Numbered from the stretch's first letter, positions 11,452-21,637 are shown. The stretch is DNA of 64,000 nt from Chromatiales bacterium (GCA_024644045.1 JAHELT010000007.1:36-64035); one strand, 5' to 3'. The notes: generated by a model from the sequence alone, not told the origin. Made by a program: numbers and translations.

Positions 11452-13959
11452 ATGGCCGAATCAGCGTCGCAGGCAGTCGACAACCGCGTGCTGGTGGTGG
11501 ACGATCAGAGCACGGCACGCGCCATCCTGCGCGAGATCCTGCAGTCGCTGGGGTACGAGGTAGTCGAGGCGGCGGACGCCGGGACGGCGATCGAGCACAT
11601 CCGGGACTCGACATTCTGCCTGGTCACCCTGGACATCATCATGCCACAGTCGTCGGGGCTCGATGTGTTGCGGTTCGCGCGAAGCCGCTACACCTACAGC
11701 GAGCTGCCGATCATCGTCGTCTCGATCAAAGACCAGTCGGCCGACGTGGTCGAGGCGCTGACCCTGGGTGCGAACGACTACGTTACCAAGCCCATCGATC
11801 ACGAGGTGCTGACGGCCCGGATCCACACCCATCTTTCACGCTGGCACAGCGAAAACGCGTTGCGCCTGGCAAGCCAGAAACTGGAATCACGGGTTATCGC
11901 CAGGACTGCGGATCTCGAGCTCTCGAACTGTGCGCTGCGCAGCGAGATCGACGAGCGGTTGAAGGCGGAGGAGGCGCTGCGCAAGTACTATCAGATGAGC
12001 AACTCCGCCTCGGACATGCTGACTTTCGTGGATACCGGGTACCGCTATGTAGCGGTCAACCAGACCTTCTTGCAGACACTGCGCCTTGCGCACGACGAAG
12101 TCATCGGCAAACACATGGCGGAGGTCTTCGGCAGGGCGCTTTTCGAGGCCGAGCTGCAGCCAAAGATCGATCTCAGCCTGCACGGGGCCCGGGTCGCCGC
12201 GCAGCTGGAGATGGAGCTGCCCACCAAAGGCAGGCGTTATGTGGACATGCGCTTCGACCCGCATCGCGACGAGCAGGACAAGGTCACCGGTGTCGTGGTG
12301 AATGCGAGAGATGTCACGGAGAGACAGCAGGCGGATAACGCCTTGCGCGCGCTGGCCAGGAACACTGCTCACAAAGATACAAGATCTTTCGTCGAAACCT
12401 GCCTGCAGTCGCTGGTGGCCACCTACGCCGCCGACTACGCCTATGTTTCGGTGTTCGGCGAAGCACGTGACACCCTGCAAACGCTCGCTGTGTGGAACGG
12501 CGAGAGTTCCTCGCGCAGCTTGAGCTATGTGTTGCAGGGCACGCCCTGCGCCGACGTCATCCGCCAGAGCACGTTGCTCGTCGAGCACAACGTGGCGGAC
12601 GCCTATCCGGCGTTCGCGGACTTTCTCGACTGGAGCCCGGATAGCTATTTTGGTCACGTCCTGCGATCGCAGGAAAACGAAGCGCTTGGCGTGGTCGCGG
12701 TCGTGCACTCGCAGTCGATGAAGCTGAACCCCTCGACCAGATCGGTGCTGGAGACTTTTGCCAGCCGGATTGCCCTGGAGCTCGAGCGCAGCCGCGCGCT
12801 TCAGGACAGCGAGCGCGCGCTCTCGCTGCATCGCGCGACACTGGAAAGCACGGGCAGCGGCATTCTGGTAATTGCCAACGACGGCAAGATAGTAAGCTTC
12901 AATCAGCAGTTCCTGGACATGTGGAGCATCTCGAACGAACGTATCGAGGGTTTCATGGAGGACCATGAAGCCGTGATTGCATTTGTCGCGCATCAACTCC
13001 TCGATCCCCAGGGGTACGTCGAACGGACACATAAGGTATACGCGCGCAGGCATGAGAACAGCCAGGACATTCTGCGCTTCAAGGACGGGCGGATTTTCGA
13101 ACGCAGATCAAAACCCTACCGCCTGGGCGGGGAAATCGTCGGACGTGTGGTCAACTTTCAGGACGTCACCGAACGGGTCCACGCCGAGCGTCAGCTCGAA
13201 GACTACCGCAACAACCTGGAGGACCTGGTCCAATCCAGAACCTCGGAACTCGAGGCCGCTTATAACGAGATCGCCTCGTTCAGCTACTCCGTGTCTCACG
13301 ACCTGCGCGCGCCGCTGCGCTCGATCGACGGTTTCAGCAAACTCATGCTGGAGGACTACGGCCAGCAGCTGGACGACAATGCGCGGGTTTATCTGGAACG
13401 AATCCGCGCCGCGAGCCAGCACATGGGCGAACTCATCGATGACGTGCTGCTTTTGTCACGCCTGTCGCGCCGCGAGCTGGATGTTCAGGAAGTGGATCTC
13501 GTCGGTGTCGCCAGAGAGGTTTTCCACAACCTCACAGAATCCGAGCCGAAGCGCAGCGCTGAGTTTCTGGCGCCCGACTGCTTGTCCGCGACAGGCGATC
13601 CGCACCTTCTGCGCATCCTGCTCGAGAACCTGCTCGGCAACGCGTGGAAATACTCACGCAAGCGCAACGCGGCGCGCATCGAGCTGAACGTGCAAACCGA
13701 CGATTCCGGCCGGCTCATGTACTTCGTTCGCGACAACGGTGTCGGGTTCGACATGCGCTACGTCGAAAAGCTGTTCCAGCCCTTCCAGCGGCTGCATTCG
13801 GTAACCGAGTTCGAGGGTACGGGCATCGGCCTCGCGACGGTGGCTCAGATCGTCCGCCGACACGGCGGCCAGGTCAAGGCAGAAGGCCAGCTCAACGTGG
13901 GCGCGACCGTCTACTTCACGCTTCCCGGCAGACAGCTCGATCACGCCGCTGCGGGCTGA
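11452..13959 (+). CDS. Hybrid sensor histidine kinase: N-terminal receiver, PAS-GAF-PAS, HisKA, HATPase_c
   Basis: REC domain with phospho-acceptor Asp (VLVVDDQ...LVTLDIIMP). H-box SVSHDLRAPLRSIDGF. C-terminal G-boxes (VRDNGVGF, GTGIGLATV). Confidence 0.85.
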   Translation: MAESASQAVDNRVLVVDDQSTARAILREILQSLGYEVVEAADAGTAIEHIRDSTFCLVTLDIIMPQSSGLDVLRFARSRYTYSELPIIVVSIKDQSADVVEALTLGANDYVTKPIDHEVLTARIHTHLSRWHSENALRLASQKLESRVIARTADLELSNCALRSEIDERLKAEEALRKYYQMSNSASDMLTFVDTGYRYVAVNQTFLQTLRLAHDEVIGKHMAEVFGRALFEAELQPKIDLSLHGARVAAQLEMELPTKGRRYVDMRFDPHRDEQDKVTGVVVNARDVTERQQADNALRALARNTAHKDTRSFVETCLQSLVATYAADYAYVSVFGEARDTLQTLAVWNGESSSRSLSYVLQGTPCADVIRQSTLLVEHNVADAYPAFADFLDWSPDSYFGHVLRSQENEALGVVAVVHSQSMKLNPSTRSVLETFASRIALELERSRALQDSERALSLHRATLESTGSGILVIANDGKIVSFNQQFLDMWSISNERIEGFMEDHEAVIAFVAHQLLDPQGYVERTHKVYARRHENSQDILRFKDGRIFERRSKPYRLGGEIVGRVVNFQDVTERVHAERQLEDYRNNLEDLVQSRTSELEAAYNEIASFSYSVSHDLRAPLRSIDGFSKLMLEDYGQQLDDNARVYLERIRAASQHMGELIDDVLLLSRLSRRELDVQEVDLVGVAREVFHNLTESEPKRSAEFLAPDCLSATGDPHLLRILLENLLGNAWKYSRKRNAARIELNVQTDDSGRLMYFVRDNGVGFDMRYVEKLFQPFQRLHSVTEFEGTGIGLATVAQIVRRHGGQVKAEGQLNVGATVYFTLPGRQLDHAAAG

Positions 13960-13966
13960 GACGAGA

Positions 13967-14770
13967 CTACTTTTCCGCGATGATATACCCGATCCAACTG
14001 GCGTAATCTTCCGCCACCTCGGTGGGATAGAACTCATCCAGCGGCTCATCGGTTTGTTCATCGAACGCCTGGATGTGTACCGTGCTCCGCTCGAACCCGA
14101 CCTCGCGCAACAGATCGCGTATCTCCTGCGCGCCCCACAAACGCCAGTGGTAGCTGAACGCTTTACGCATCTTTGAGCCGTCCGGAAACTCGAAGTGTAT
14201 GTAGCACTGCATGTCTGCTGTGATGGGATTGTACTTGGCCTGGTGCCACACGTACGTGAAATTGTCGACTTTACGCCGTTCTTTCTGCGTCCGGTGCGCC
14301 TCGTAGCCGCCGAAAATATCGAGGAAGAACAGGCCGTCATCGACCAGTGAGTGGTGCACGTTACGGAAATACCGGGCGAGCACCTCGCGCTCCCTGAACA
14401 CCCAGTAGCTGAAGTTGAACGCAACGCACACATCCACCGCTTCGGTCTGCACCTGCAGAACGTCTTCGCGCAGAAGTGACACACGCTTTGCGGCTTTACC
14501 GAGCTTTTCCAGGTTGTTACGCCGCCCCCATTCCAGCACGTCGGCATCCAGATCCACGCCTATGGCCCGGTTGTTGCGGCTGCGCTTTGCCCACTCACAG
14601 GCGGAAAGTGCCGTGCCGCAGAAATCCTCGCGCAGCAAGGAAGGTTTTCTCGCGCGGGTGTCGCGGAACACCTGCTCGAGGAAATCCAGCTCGAACTCCA
14701 CGCCCTGCACGGATGCCTGGTAGAGTCGATGCTTGTCGGCGGCAGCCGCTTTTTTCTTCTTCTTACCCAT
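13967..14770 (-). CDS. Class I SAM-dependent methyltransferase with poly-Lys N-terminus
   Basis: 267 aa. MTase-like fold features. N-terminus MGKKKKKAAAAD. Convergent with the kinase gene, 7-bp gap. Confidence 0.65.
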   Translation of the reverse strand: MGKKKKKAAAADKHRLYQASVQGVEFELDFLEQVFRDTRARKPSLLREDFCGTALSACEWAKRSRNNRAIGVDLDADVLEWGRRNNLEKLGKAAKRVSLLREDVLQVQTEAVDVCVAFNFSYWVFREREVLARYFRNVHHSLVDDGLFFLDIFGGYEAHRTQKERRKVDNFTYVWHQAKYNPITADMQCYIHFEFPDGSKMRKAFSYHWRLWGAQEIRDLLREVGFERSTVHIQAFDEQTDEPLDEFYPTEVAEDYASWIGYIIAEK

Positions 14771-14833
14771 TACCGCAATTCCTCAGTTCGGTCGCAAGCG
14801 CACGGCGCAGCCGACGCGCCTGCGGCAACAATT

Positions 14834-15637
14834 TCAGTTTTTGATGCCTATACCGCGATTGAGCAGGTGCAGCGCCAGCACCGTAAGCAACACGACAAAG
14901 GCTACGATTATGGAGAATGCCAGCACGATATCGATGTCGGATACCCCGAGAATACCGAAACGGAAGGCATTTACGATGTACAGAATCGGGTTTGCCAGCG
15001 AAGCGGTCTGCCAGAACTCCGGCAGCAGGCTGATCGAGTAAAAAATTCCGCCGAGATAGGTGAGCGGCGTCAGCACGAACGTGGGCACGATCGAGATATC
15101 GTCGAAACTGTCGGCGAACACGGCATTGATCAGGCCACCGGTTGCAAACAGCGCGGCGGTCAGCAGCATCACGCTTACGGTGATCGCATAACTGTGCACG
15201 GTGAAATCGGTAAAGGCCATCGTCACGGCGGTTACCGCACATCCAACGATGGCGCCGCGGGCCACGCCCCCCGCCACGTAACCGGACAGGATCAGCCAGC
15301 TCGGTATCGGTGAGACCAGCATTTCTTCGATATGGCGTTGAAACTTGGTGCTGTAGAACGACGAGACCACGTTCGAATAGGAGTTCGTTATGACCGCCAG
15401 CATGATCACTCCGGGAACGATATAGTCGATGTAGTCGAACCCGTCCATGCTGCCGATCCGCGGCCCGATGAGATTGCCGAAGATCAGCAGGTAGAGCGAG
15501 GTGGTGATCGCCGGTGGTAAAACCGTCTGTACCCAGATGCGCATGAAGCGCCGCACTTCCTTGATGACGATCGTGGTAAAGGCCACGAAGTAGCGTTCGA
15601 TTGTGAGCTGTGCACGCACGCCGCTGTAGTCAGGCAT
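14834..15637 (-). CDS. ABC-2 type transporter permease (YadH-like)
   Basis: 267 aa, six predicted TM segments, ABC-2 family signature region. Overlaps the upstream ATPase gene by 8 nt. Confidence 0.8.
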   Translation of the reverse strand: MPDYSGVRAQLTIERYFVAFTTIVIKEVRRFMRIWVQTVLPPAITTSLYLLIFGNLIGPRIGSMDGFDYIDYIVPGVIMLAVITNSYSNVVSSFYSTKFQRHIEEMLVSPIPSWLILSGYVAGGVARGAIVGCAVTAVTMAFTDFTVHSYAITVSVMLLTAALFATGGLINAVFADSFDDISIVPTFVLTPLTYLGGIFYSISLLPEFWQTASLANPILYIVNAFRFGILGVSDIDIVLAFSIIVAFVVLLTVLALHLLNRGIGIKN

Positions 15638-16559
15638 CGCCTGCCGCGCGCTGGCTTTCCACGAGCTTGAGGAAGAATTCCTCCAGCCGGTTGGCCTTGT
15701 TGCGCATGCTGACCACGCGAAACCCCTTGCTCGTCAACACGTCGAACAACCGGTTCAGCCCCTGATCGCGCTCCACCTCGACCTCCAGCACATTACCGCG
15801 CAGCGAGTGCACGTGATAGCCAGGAAGCTCCAGACCGTCGTGCGGTGTCGCGTCCAGATTCAGCACGAAAATTTCCGACTGCACGCTGCTGAGGAGCGTG
15901 TCGACGTCGCCCTGCTCCACGATCTCGCCGCCGTTGATGATGGCCACCGTGCGGCACAGACTTTCCGCCTCCTCCAGGTAGTGGGTGGTCAGAATAATCG
16001 TGGTGCCGGCCTGATTGGTCTCGCGCAGGAACTGCCACATCGAGCGGCGTATCTCGATGTCCACACCGGCGGTCGGTTCGTCAAGAATCAGCAACCTGGG
16101 CTCGTGCACCAGCGCCCGCGCTATCATCAGGCGGCGTTTCATGCCGCCCGACAGACTCCTCGCCCCCTCCTTCCGCTTGTCCCACAGCCCCAGTTGCCTG
16201 AGCCGTTTCTCGGCGCTTCGATTCGCCTGCCGGCGGCCGATACCGTAGTAACCCGCCTGGTTGACGACGATCTGCATCACCGGCTCGAACATGTTGAAGT
16301 TGAATTCCTGAGGCACCATGCCGATCAACCGTTTCGCTGCTTCCGTGTCGCTGTCCAGGTCGCAACCGAAAACGCGCACGCTGCCCGCGGTCTTGTTGAC
16401 GAGCGAACAGATGATCCCGATTGCGGTCGATTTACCGGCTCCGTTGGGCCCCAGCAGCGCGAAGAACTCGCCTTCCTTCACGGCGAGGTCGATACCCTTC
16501 AACGCCTCTACCCCGTTCTTGTAGGTTTTCCGGACCCCGTTTATCTCCAGTGCGTTCAT
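15630..16559 (-). CDS. ABC transporter ATP-binding protein (YadG-like, ABC-2 exporter partner)
   Basis: 309 aa. Walker A GPNGAGKST, signature LSGGMKRRL, Walker B LLILDEPT. Confidence 0.85.
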   Translation of the reverse strand: MNALEINGVRKTYKNGVEALKGIDLAVKEGEFFALLGPNGAGKSTAIGIICSLVNKTAGSVRVFGCDLDSDTEAAKRLIGMVPQEFNFNMFEPVMQIVVNQAGYYGIGRRQANRSAEKRLRQLGLWDKRKEGARSLSGGMKRRLMIARALVHEPRLLILDEPTAGVDIEIRRSMWQFLRETNQAGTTIILTTHYLEEAESLCRTVAIINGGEIVEQGDVDTLLSSVQSEIFVLNLDATPHDGLELPGYHVHSLRGNVLEVEVERDQGLNRLFDVLTSKGFRVVSMRNKANRLEEFFLKLVESQRAAGDA

Positions 16560-16726
16560 CGCTCAGCAGTCGATAGTGCGAAAAACGGCGTAGTGTAGCA
16601 AACCGGTTCGGCGTGACCGGAAACGGAAATCCGACGCTGGCAGGCACACCCTCACCCGGCGGGACCTCCCGTTCGAGCGCGGTTTCGGTACCGGAGAATC
16701 GGGGAGCGCGGCGCGTACCGCGCCGT

Positions 16727-17611
16727 TCATCCGCCGAGGAACAGGCGACCGACTTCGGGATTCTCGAGCAGATCGTCGCCGCGCCCGGCGATGGCGGTCT
16801 GTCCCGAGACCAGCACATAGCCCAGATCGGCGAACTCCAGGCCTTTTTTGGCATTCTGCTCGACCATGATGATGGTCTTGCCCTCACCGTGCTGCAGATC
16901 GTCGAGTATCTCGAACACCATGTCGATGAAGCGCGGCTCGAGACCGATGGACGGCTCGTCGACCAGCAGCACGTCCGGATTCATGACCAGCGCCCGTGAA
17001 ATCTCCAGCAGTCGCCGTTCGCCGCCGGACAGGATCCGGGCGAGCTTCTTGCGGCGGGCCGCCAGGCGGTCGTACTTCTCGAACACGCGCTCAGCCGAGG
17101 CGCGCGCGTCGGCGGTCGACTCCATCAGGTAGCCGCCCATCCACAGGTTTTCCTCGACCGTCATGTCGGGAAACACCGACTTGTCCTGCAGTATGTAGGC
17201 GATGCCCGCGTCCTTGAGCTTGTTGTTCGAGGGCAGGCCGGTCACGTCGCGGCGCTTGTCGCCGATGCCGACGCTGATGGTGCCGTCATAAATCTGCGTG
17301 AAGCCGAAGATGGAATGCAGGATGGTAGACTTGCCCGCTCCGTTCGGACCGATCAGGCAAAGCGACTGACCGGCCCCCACCTGCAGGTTGAAATCGTGCA
17401 GGATTTCCATCTTGCCGTAGCCGGCCCGCAGGCCGTCGATCTGCACGAACGGCTCGCCGTCGCACAGTGCGCGGATATCATCCAGCGGCACACCGTCGCC
17501 AAGCTGCTCGGCCTGCGCAATGACGTCCTCCACCGAGATCACGGTGTCGACGGAACCGCCGTGATAACCGGTTGCCGATCGCTTCTGGTTTTCCTTGTCG
17601 GTTTTGCTCAT
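16727..17611 (-). CDS. livF: Branched-chain amino acid ABC transporter ATP-binding protein (LivF-like) with ~55-aa N-terminal extension
   Basis: Walker A GPNGAGKST, signature LSGGERRLL, Walker B LLVDEPS. Start codon overlaps the livG stop (TGATG). The N-terminal extension is unusual for LivF. Confidence 0.8.
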   Translation of the reverse strand: MSKTDKENQKRSATGYHGGSVDTVISVEDVIAQAEQLGDGVPLDDIRALCDGEPFVQIDGLRAGYGKMEILHDFNLQVGAGQSLCLIGPNGAGKSTILHSIFGFTQIYDGTISVGIGDKRRDVTGLPSNNKLKDAGIAYILQDKSVFPDMTVEENLWMGGYLMESTADARASAERVFEKYDRLAARRKKLARILSGGERRLLEISRALVMNPDVLLVDEPSIGLEPRFIDMVFEILDDLQHGEGKTIIMVEQNAKKGLEFADLGYVLVSGQTAIAGRGDDLLENPEVGRLFLGG

Positions 17612-18357
17612 CAGTGTGCGCCGAGGTAAGCGTCGATCACGCGCTGGTCACCCTGGATCTCGTCGGGCGAGCCGTGCGCCAGCAGCTCGCCGTGGGCCAG
17701 GCAGTAGATGCTGTCGGCGAGGTTCATGATCACGCGCATGTTGTGCTCGATCACGAACAGCGTGATGCCGAACTCGGTGTTGGCAAGCTTCAGGCGATCG
17801 ATCAGGCCGTTGATCAGGGTCGGGTTGATGCCGGCCGTGGGCTCGTCCAGCAGCAGCACGCGCGGCTCGTTCATCAGGGCCATGGCGAACTCCAGCAGCT
17901 TCTGCTGACCGAAGGACAGGTCGCCCGACACCAGGTGCCGTTTCTGGTAGAGGCCCACGAACTCCAGCAGGTGCTCGGCCTTCTCGGTCAGATCGGGCGG
18001 ATAAGGCTTGAACATATCGCTGAAGGTCGCGTTGCGGTGGGGCACGGATATCAGCATGTTCTTGACGCAATCCATCTTCGAGTAGATGCGCGTCTGCTGA
18101 AACGTGCGCAGCAACCCCAGCCGGGCAATCTGCTGCACGCGCAGTTTGGAGATTTCCCGGTCCTCGAACCTGATGGAGCCGCCGTCGATCGGATGGTAGC
18201 CGACGATCGAATTGAACAGCGTCGTCTTGCCCGAACCGTTGGGACCGATCAGCCCGGTGATACGCCCTTCCGGCACCTGCATGGAAACGTTCTGGTTCGC
18301 CTGCACGCCTCCGAAGGACTTGCTGACGCTTTTCACATCGAGCAACGCGGCGTTCAT
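17611..18357 (-). CDS. livG: Branched-chain amino acid ABC transporter ATP-binding protein (LivG-like)
   Basis: 248 aa. GPNGSGKTT, LSFGQQKLL, LLLDEPTAG. Confidence 0.85.
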   Translation of the reverse strand: MNAALLDVKSVSKSFGGVQANQNVSMQVPEGRITGLIGPNGSGKTTLFNSIVGYHPIDGGSIRFEDREISKLRVQQIARLGLLRTFQQTRIYSKMDCVKNMLISVPHRNATFSDMFKPYPPDLTEKAEHLLEFVGLYQKRHLVSGDLSFGQQKLLEFAMALMNEPRVLLLDEPTAGINPTLINGLIDRLKLANTEFGITLFVIEHNMRVIMNLADSIYCLAHGELLAHGSPDEIQGDQRVIDAYLGAH

Positions 18358-19427
18358 GGCGTCGACGTCCGGTCGGACGGGCGCTCACTGCCCTTGCGCA
18401 TACTGGCATCTACCTGGATGCCGAAGCGTTCCGGCCACTTGCGCTGCATCCAGCCCATGATGCCCTGCTGGAAGAACACCACGTTGATCACGATCAGCAG
18501 CCCCAGCGCCACCCACTGCCAACCCAGCAGGTAAGTCCACGTGACTTCCTTGATGACGTGAAACAGCGTTGCCCCGATGACCGGGCCCCATATCGTGCCC
18601 TTGCCGCCGAGCAGTGCCATGGCAACCATGAAAATGCCGAAGGTGACCGTCGGAAACGCCACTTCCAACGGCTCGATGAAGCCGGTCATGTTGCCGAACA
18701 ACCCGCCGGAGATGCCGAGAAAGAAAGCCGAGAACGACCAGGTGATGGACTTGTACCGCTTGGTGTGGACGCCCATCGCTTCGGCTTTCTCTTCGTCGTC
18801 GCGAATCGCGTTGATGGCCAGGCCGTAGCGGGTCGAGTACAGCCATCTGACGAACCAGTAGGTGGCGGCCGCAGCGCCCAGCGCGATGAAGTAGAACATC
18901 AGCGAGCGCGCCTCGACCCCGCCGGGGAACACCGGCATAGCGATACCGCTGCCGGCGCCGACCCACTCCCAGGCGCCCATCAGCTCGCCCGCGGAAAGCG
19001 CGATGCCCAGCGTGCCGATAGCGAAGTAAGGCCCGCGCAGCCCGAACAGAAAGCTGCTCATCACGAACGCCAGCAGCACGCAACCGATTGCCGCACAAAT
19101 CAGGCCGAGCACCAGCCCGGTGAAGTACTGCTGGTAGGTAAAGGAGGCGCCGCTGATCGACGAATCGGGCGCGGTGTAAAGCCCGACATCGTAGTACAGC
19201 CCGACCTGCACCACGGCGCAGATGTACATGCCTGCGCCGAAGAAAACGATGTTCCCCAGCGAGTTGTATCCCATCTGCCCGCCCATCATGTCCCAGGTCA
19301 GGGCGAACAGGATCATGATCCACAGAATGGTGAACTGAAACGTGAACGCGCCGAAGATGAACGGCGCCGCCAAACCGAACGCGAGCACGGCGAGGTGTAT
19401 GCGGTGTTCGTTGGGCAGCGCGTTCAT
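18354..19427 (-). CDS. livM: Branched-chain amino acid ABC transporter permease (LivM-like)
   Basis: 357 aa polytopic membrane protein in the liv gene order. Overlapping start/stop with neighbours. Confidence 0.8.
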   Translation of the reverse strand: MNALPNEHRIHLAVLAFGLAAPFIFGAFTFQFTILWIMILFALTWDMMGGQMGYNSLGNIVFFGAGMYICAVVQVGLYYDVGLYTAPDSSISGASFTYQQYFTGLVLGLICAAIGCVLLAFVMSSFLFGLRGPYFAIGTLGIALSAGELMGAWEWVGAGSGIAMPVFPGGVEARSLMFYFIALGAAAATYWFVRWLYSTRYGLAINAIRDDEEKAEAMGVHTKRYKSITWSFSAFFLGISGGLFGNMTGFIEPLEVAFPTVTFGIFMVAMALLGGKGTIWGPVIGATLFHVIKEVTWTYLLGWQWVALGLLIVINVVFFQQGIMGWMQRKWPERFGIQVDASMRKGSERPSDRTSTP

Positions 19428-20326
19428 TGCACCACCTGCCGATGGCGGCTCAGCAGGAGTTGCCGCCAGACGAGCACAACGACCAGCAGGCCGACCACGG
19501 TCGCCTGCTGAAACTCCGCGCCCAGCACGAAGCCGCTGTACTGCTCGGCCAGCCCCAACCCGAACGCCGACACGATCACCCCGGGCAGATTACCGAACCC
19601 GGCGGCGGTCACGATGACAAACGAACGAATCGAGTGGGTGATTCCGTAGAACGGCTGGATCACCCAGATCATGGAGATCAGCACGCCCGCCGCGCCGCAG
19701 ATCGCCGCGTTGAGCGCAAACGTGAACGCGTACACTTTCTCGGTGTCTATACCCATCACGCGCGCCGCGCGCGGATCCTGCGCAGTGGCTCGAATCGCCT
19801 GTCCCATCCGGCTGCGTTTCATGAACACCACCACGATGCCCGCGAGCAGGACACACAGCAGGAACGACACGAGCTTAATCTCGGCGACCGTCACCAGACC
19901 GTCCAGAATGAAGCGGATCTCGAAACCCGAGTCGACGGTCTGAATCTCCGGGCCGAACGCCAGGTTAAGAGACTGCTGAATCACCAGCGCCATGCCGAAG
20001 GTCGCCAGCAGCGACGTGAACATGTCGTGCTGAATGATCCAGCGGATGATCAGGCGGTAGATGCCCCAGCCGAACAGGAACATGACTACGATCGCCGGGA
20101 TCAGGGCGATGATCGGGTGGATGCCCCACCCCGCCATGACGTGGGCGAAATATCCGCCCATGATCACGAACTCGCCCTGGGCCAGGTTCTTCACGTTCAT
20201 CACACCCCACACCAGCGCCAGCCCGTAGGCGGCCAGGGCGAAGATCGCACCGATGAAGATCCCGTCCAGAATCAACTGGACGTTGAACACCGGAGCGGCC
20301 GTCAGTATGGCGATATTATCGAGCAT
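19424..20326 (-). CDS. livH: Branched-chain amino acid ABC transporter permease (LivH-like)
   Basis: 300 aa. N-terminus MLDNIAILTAAPVFNVQLILDGIFIGAIFALAAYGLALVWGV is typical of LivH. Confidence 0.85.
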   Translation of the reverse strand: MLDNIAILTAAPVFNVQLILDGIFIGAIFALAAYGLALVWGVMNVKNLAQGEFVIMGGYFAHVMAGWGIHPIIALIPAIVVMFLFGWGIYRLIIRWIIQHDMFTSLLATFGMALVIQQSLNLAFGPEIQTVDSGFEIRFILDGLVTVAEIKLVSFLLCVLLAGIVVVFMKRSRMGQAIRATAQDPRAARVMGIDTEKVYAFTFALNAAICGAAGVLISMIWVIQPFYGITHSIRSFVIVTAAGFGNLPGVIVSAFGLGLAEQYSGFVLGAEFQQATVVGLLVVVLVWRQLLLSRHRQVVQ

Positions 20327-20344
20327 CTGCGTGCCCTCTCAGGA

Positions 20345-20381
20345 TTGCGGAAAAAGACTCGCCCCGGCGGACCGGGGCGAG
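20345..20381 (-). terminator. Intercistronic stem-loop plus U-tract between the SBP gene and livH (partial terminator/attenuator)
   Basis: Perfect 10-bp inverted repeat CTCGCCCCGG/CCGGGGCGAG with a 4-nt loop at 20358..20381. On the minus-strand transcript it is followed by UCUUUUUCC. Confidence 0.5.
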
Positions 20382-20395
20382 TTATGTACGAAATG

Positions 20396-21637
20396 CTAGT
20401 TGGCTTTTCGCGGGTAGTTGATCTCGTGCGATGCCCACTTCGACGGCGCCACGACGTTGAATTTTCCTTTCTGGATCTGCCGCAGCACCATGGGCTTGGC
20501 GATATTGTTGCCGTGCTCGGAAAACTTGATGTTGCCGTAGAACGTCTTCATATCGGTTGCCGCCAGCGCATCGCGCACTTTATCGGTGTCGAAGGAGTTG
20601 GCGCGTTCGAAGGCGTCTTTCCAGACCATCACGGCCGCCGAGGCCTGCGCCGACTGGTAGGGCACGTTCTTGTAGCCGTCGTAAGTCGCCTTGAAGAGCT
20701 TGTCGTAGTCGGCTGCGGTGCCAAACAGATCGTCGGAGTAGGTCAGGGTCTCGGCCCACTGCGTGGCACACAGGATATCGTTCGCGCCGTCACCGAACTT
20801 GCTGACGATTTTCGCCGCCTCGCAATGCGTAATGGCGATCATCGGCACGTTGATCTTCATCTCGTTGACCTGCCGGGTCACGGTCGCCGCACCCTTTGAA
20901 TGCCCGGATACCACCAGCAGGTCGGGCTTTAGCGCCTTGGCTTTGGTCAGGGTCGCCGACATGTCGGACAGGTCCCGCGGCAGCTTGTCGTCGATGACGA
21001 TCTTCATGCCGTACTTCTTCATGTCCTCGACCACACCCGCGCGCACATCGAGCGAGAACGGGTCGTTTTCGAAAGCCAGCGCCACTTTCACCGAGGACGG
21101 GTCGCGGCCGTTCTTCTTGGCCATCTCGGCGGCCAGATCGATGGCGCTCGCGAGGTACTGCTCGGACGTCGAGAGCACCGCGAACAGGTACTTATACCCC
21201 TTGTTGAACAGCGAGCGCGAGGCGCCTTCGGCTTCCACCATCGGTATCTTGTACTTCTCGGTTACCGGCGCCGCTGCTTTGGTGGTGGCGGAGCTGTAGG
21301 GACCAAGCACGAACTTCACGCCGTCCTGGTTGATCAGGCGCTCGAGCAGCTGCGCCGTACGTGCAGGGGTGGATTCGTCGTCGTAGTAAACAACTTTCAG
21401 CTTGTAGCTCTTGCCACCGACCTTGACGCCGCCGGCTTCATTGATTTGCTTGACCGCAAGGTCATAACCGTTCTTGGCATGCACGCCGTTGGTCGAGTAC
21501 TTCCCCGTGAAAGAGATGGCAGACCCCAGGGTGATGGTGTCGCCGTCGACCCGGGCCTGCGCCGGGGCGGCGCAGGTTATCGCCAGCGCGACCGCACCGG
21601 CCGTCGCGGTCCTGCAATCCAATAACTGTCTTAGCAT
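20396..21637 (-). CDS. ABC transporter substrate-binding protein (LivK/PBP1 family, amino acid/amide type)
   Basis: Start assigned to the ATG preceded by GGAGGAGAT RBS. Signal peptide MLRQLLDCRTATAGAVALAITCAAPAQA. Type-I periplasmic binding fold. Confidence 0.8.
   Translation of the reverse strand: MLRQLLDCRTATAGAVALAITCAAPAQARVDGDTITLGSAISFTGKYSTNGVHAKNGYDLAVKQINEAGGVKVGGKSYKLKVVYYDDESTPARTAQLLERLINQDGVKFVLGPYSSATTKAAAPVTEKYKIPMVEAEGASRSLFNKGYKYLFAVLSTSEQYLASAIDLAAEMAKKNGRDPSSVKVALAFENDPFSLDVRAGVVEDMKKYGMKIVIDDKLPRDLSDMSATLTKAKALKPDLLVVSGHSKGAATVTRQVNEMKINVPMIAITHCEAAKIVSKFGDGANDILCATQWAETLTYSDDLFGTAADYDKLFKATYDGYKNVPYQSAQASAAVMVWKDAFERANSFDTDKVRDALAATDMKTFYGNIKFSEHGNNIAKPMVLRQIQKGKFNVVAPSKWASHEINYPRKAN

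Noticed and set aside
16690-16726. Possible 7-bp stem hairpin downstream of the livF stop
   Set aside because: Short stem, 3-nt loop and no U-tract. Not convincing as an intrinsic terminator.
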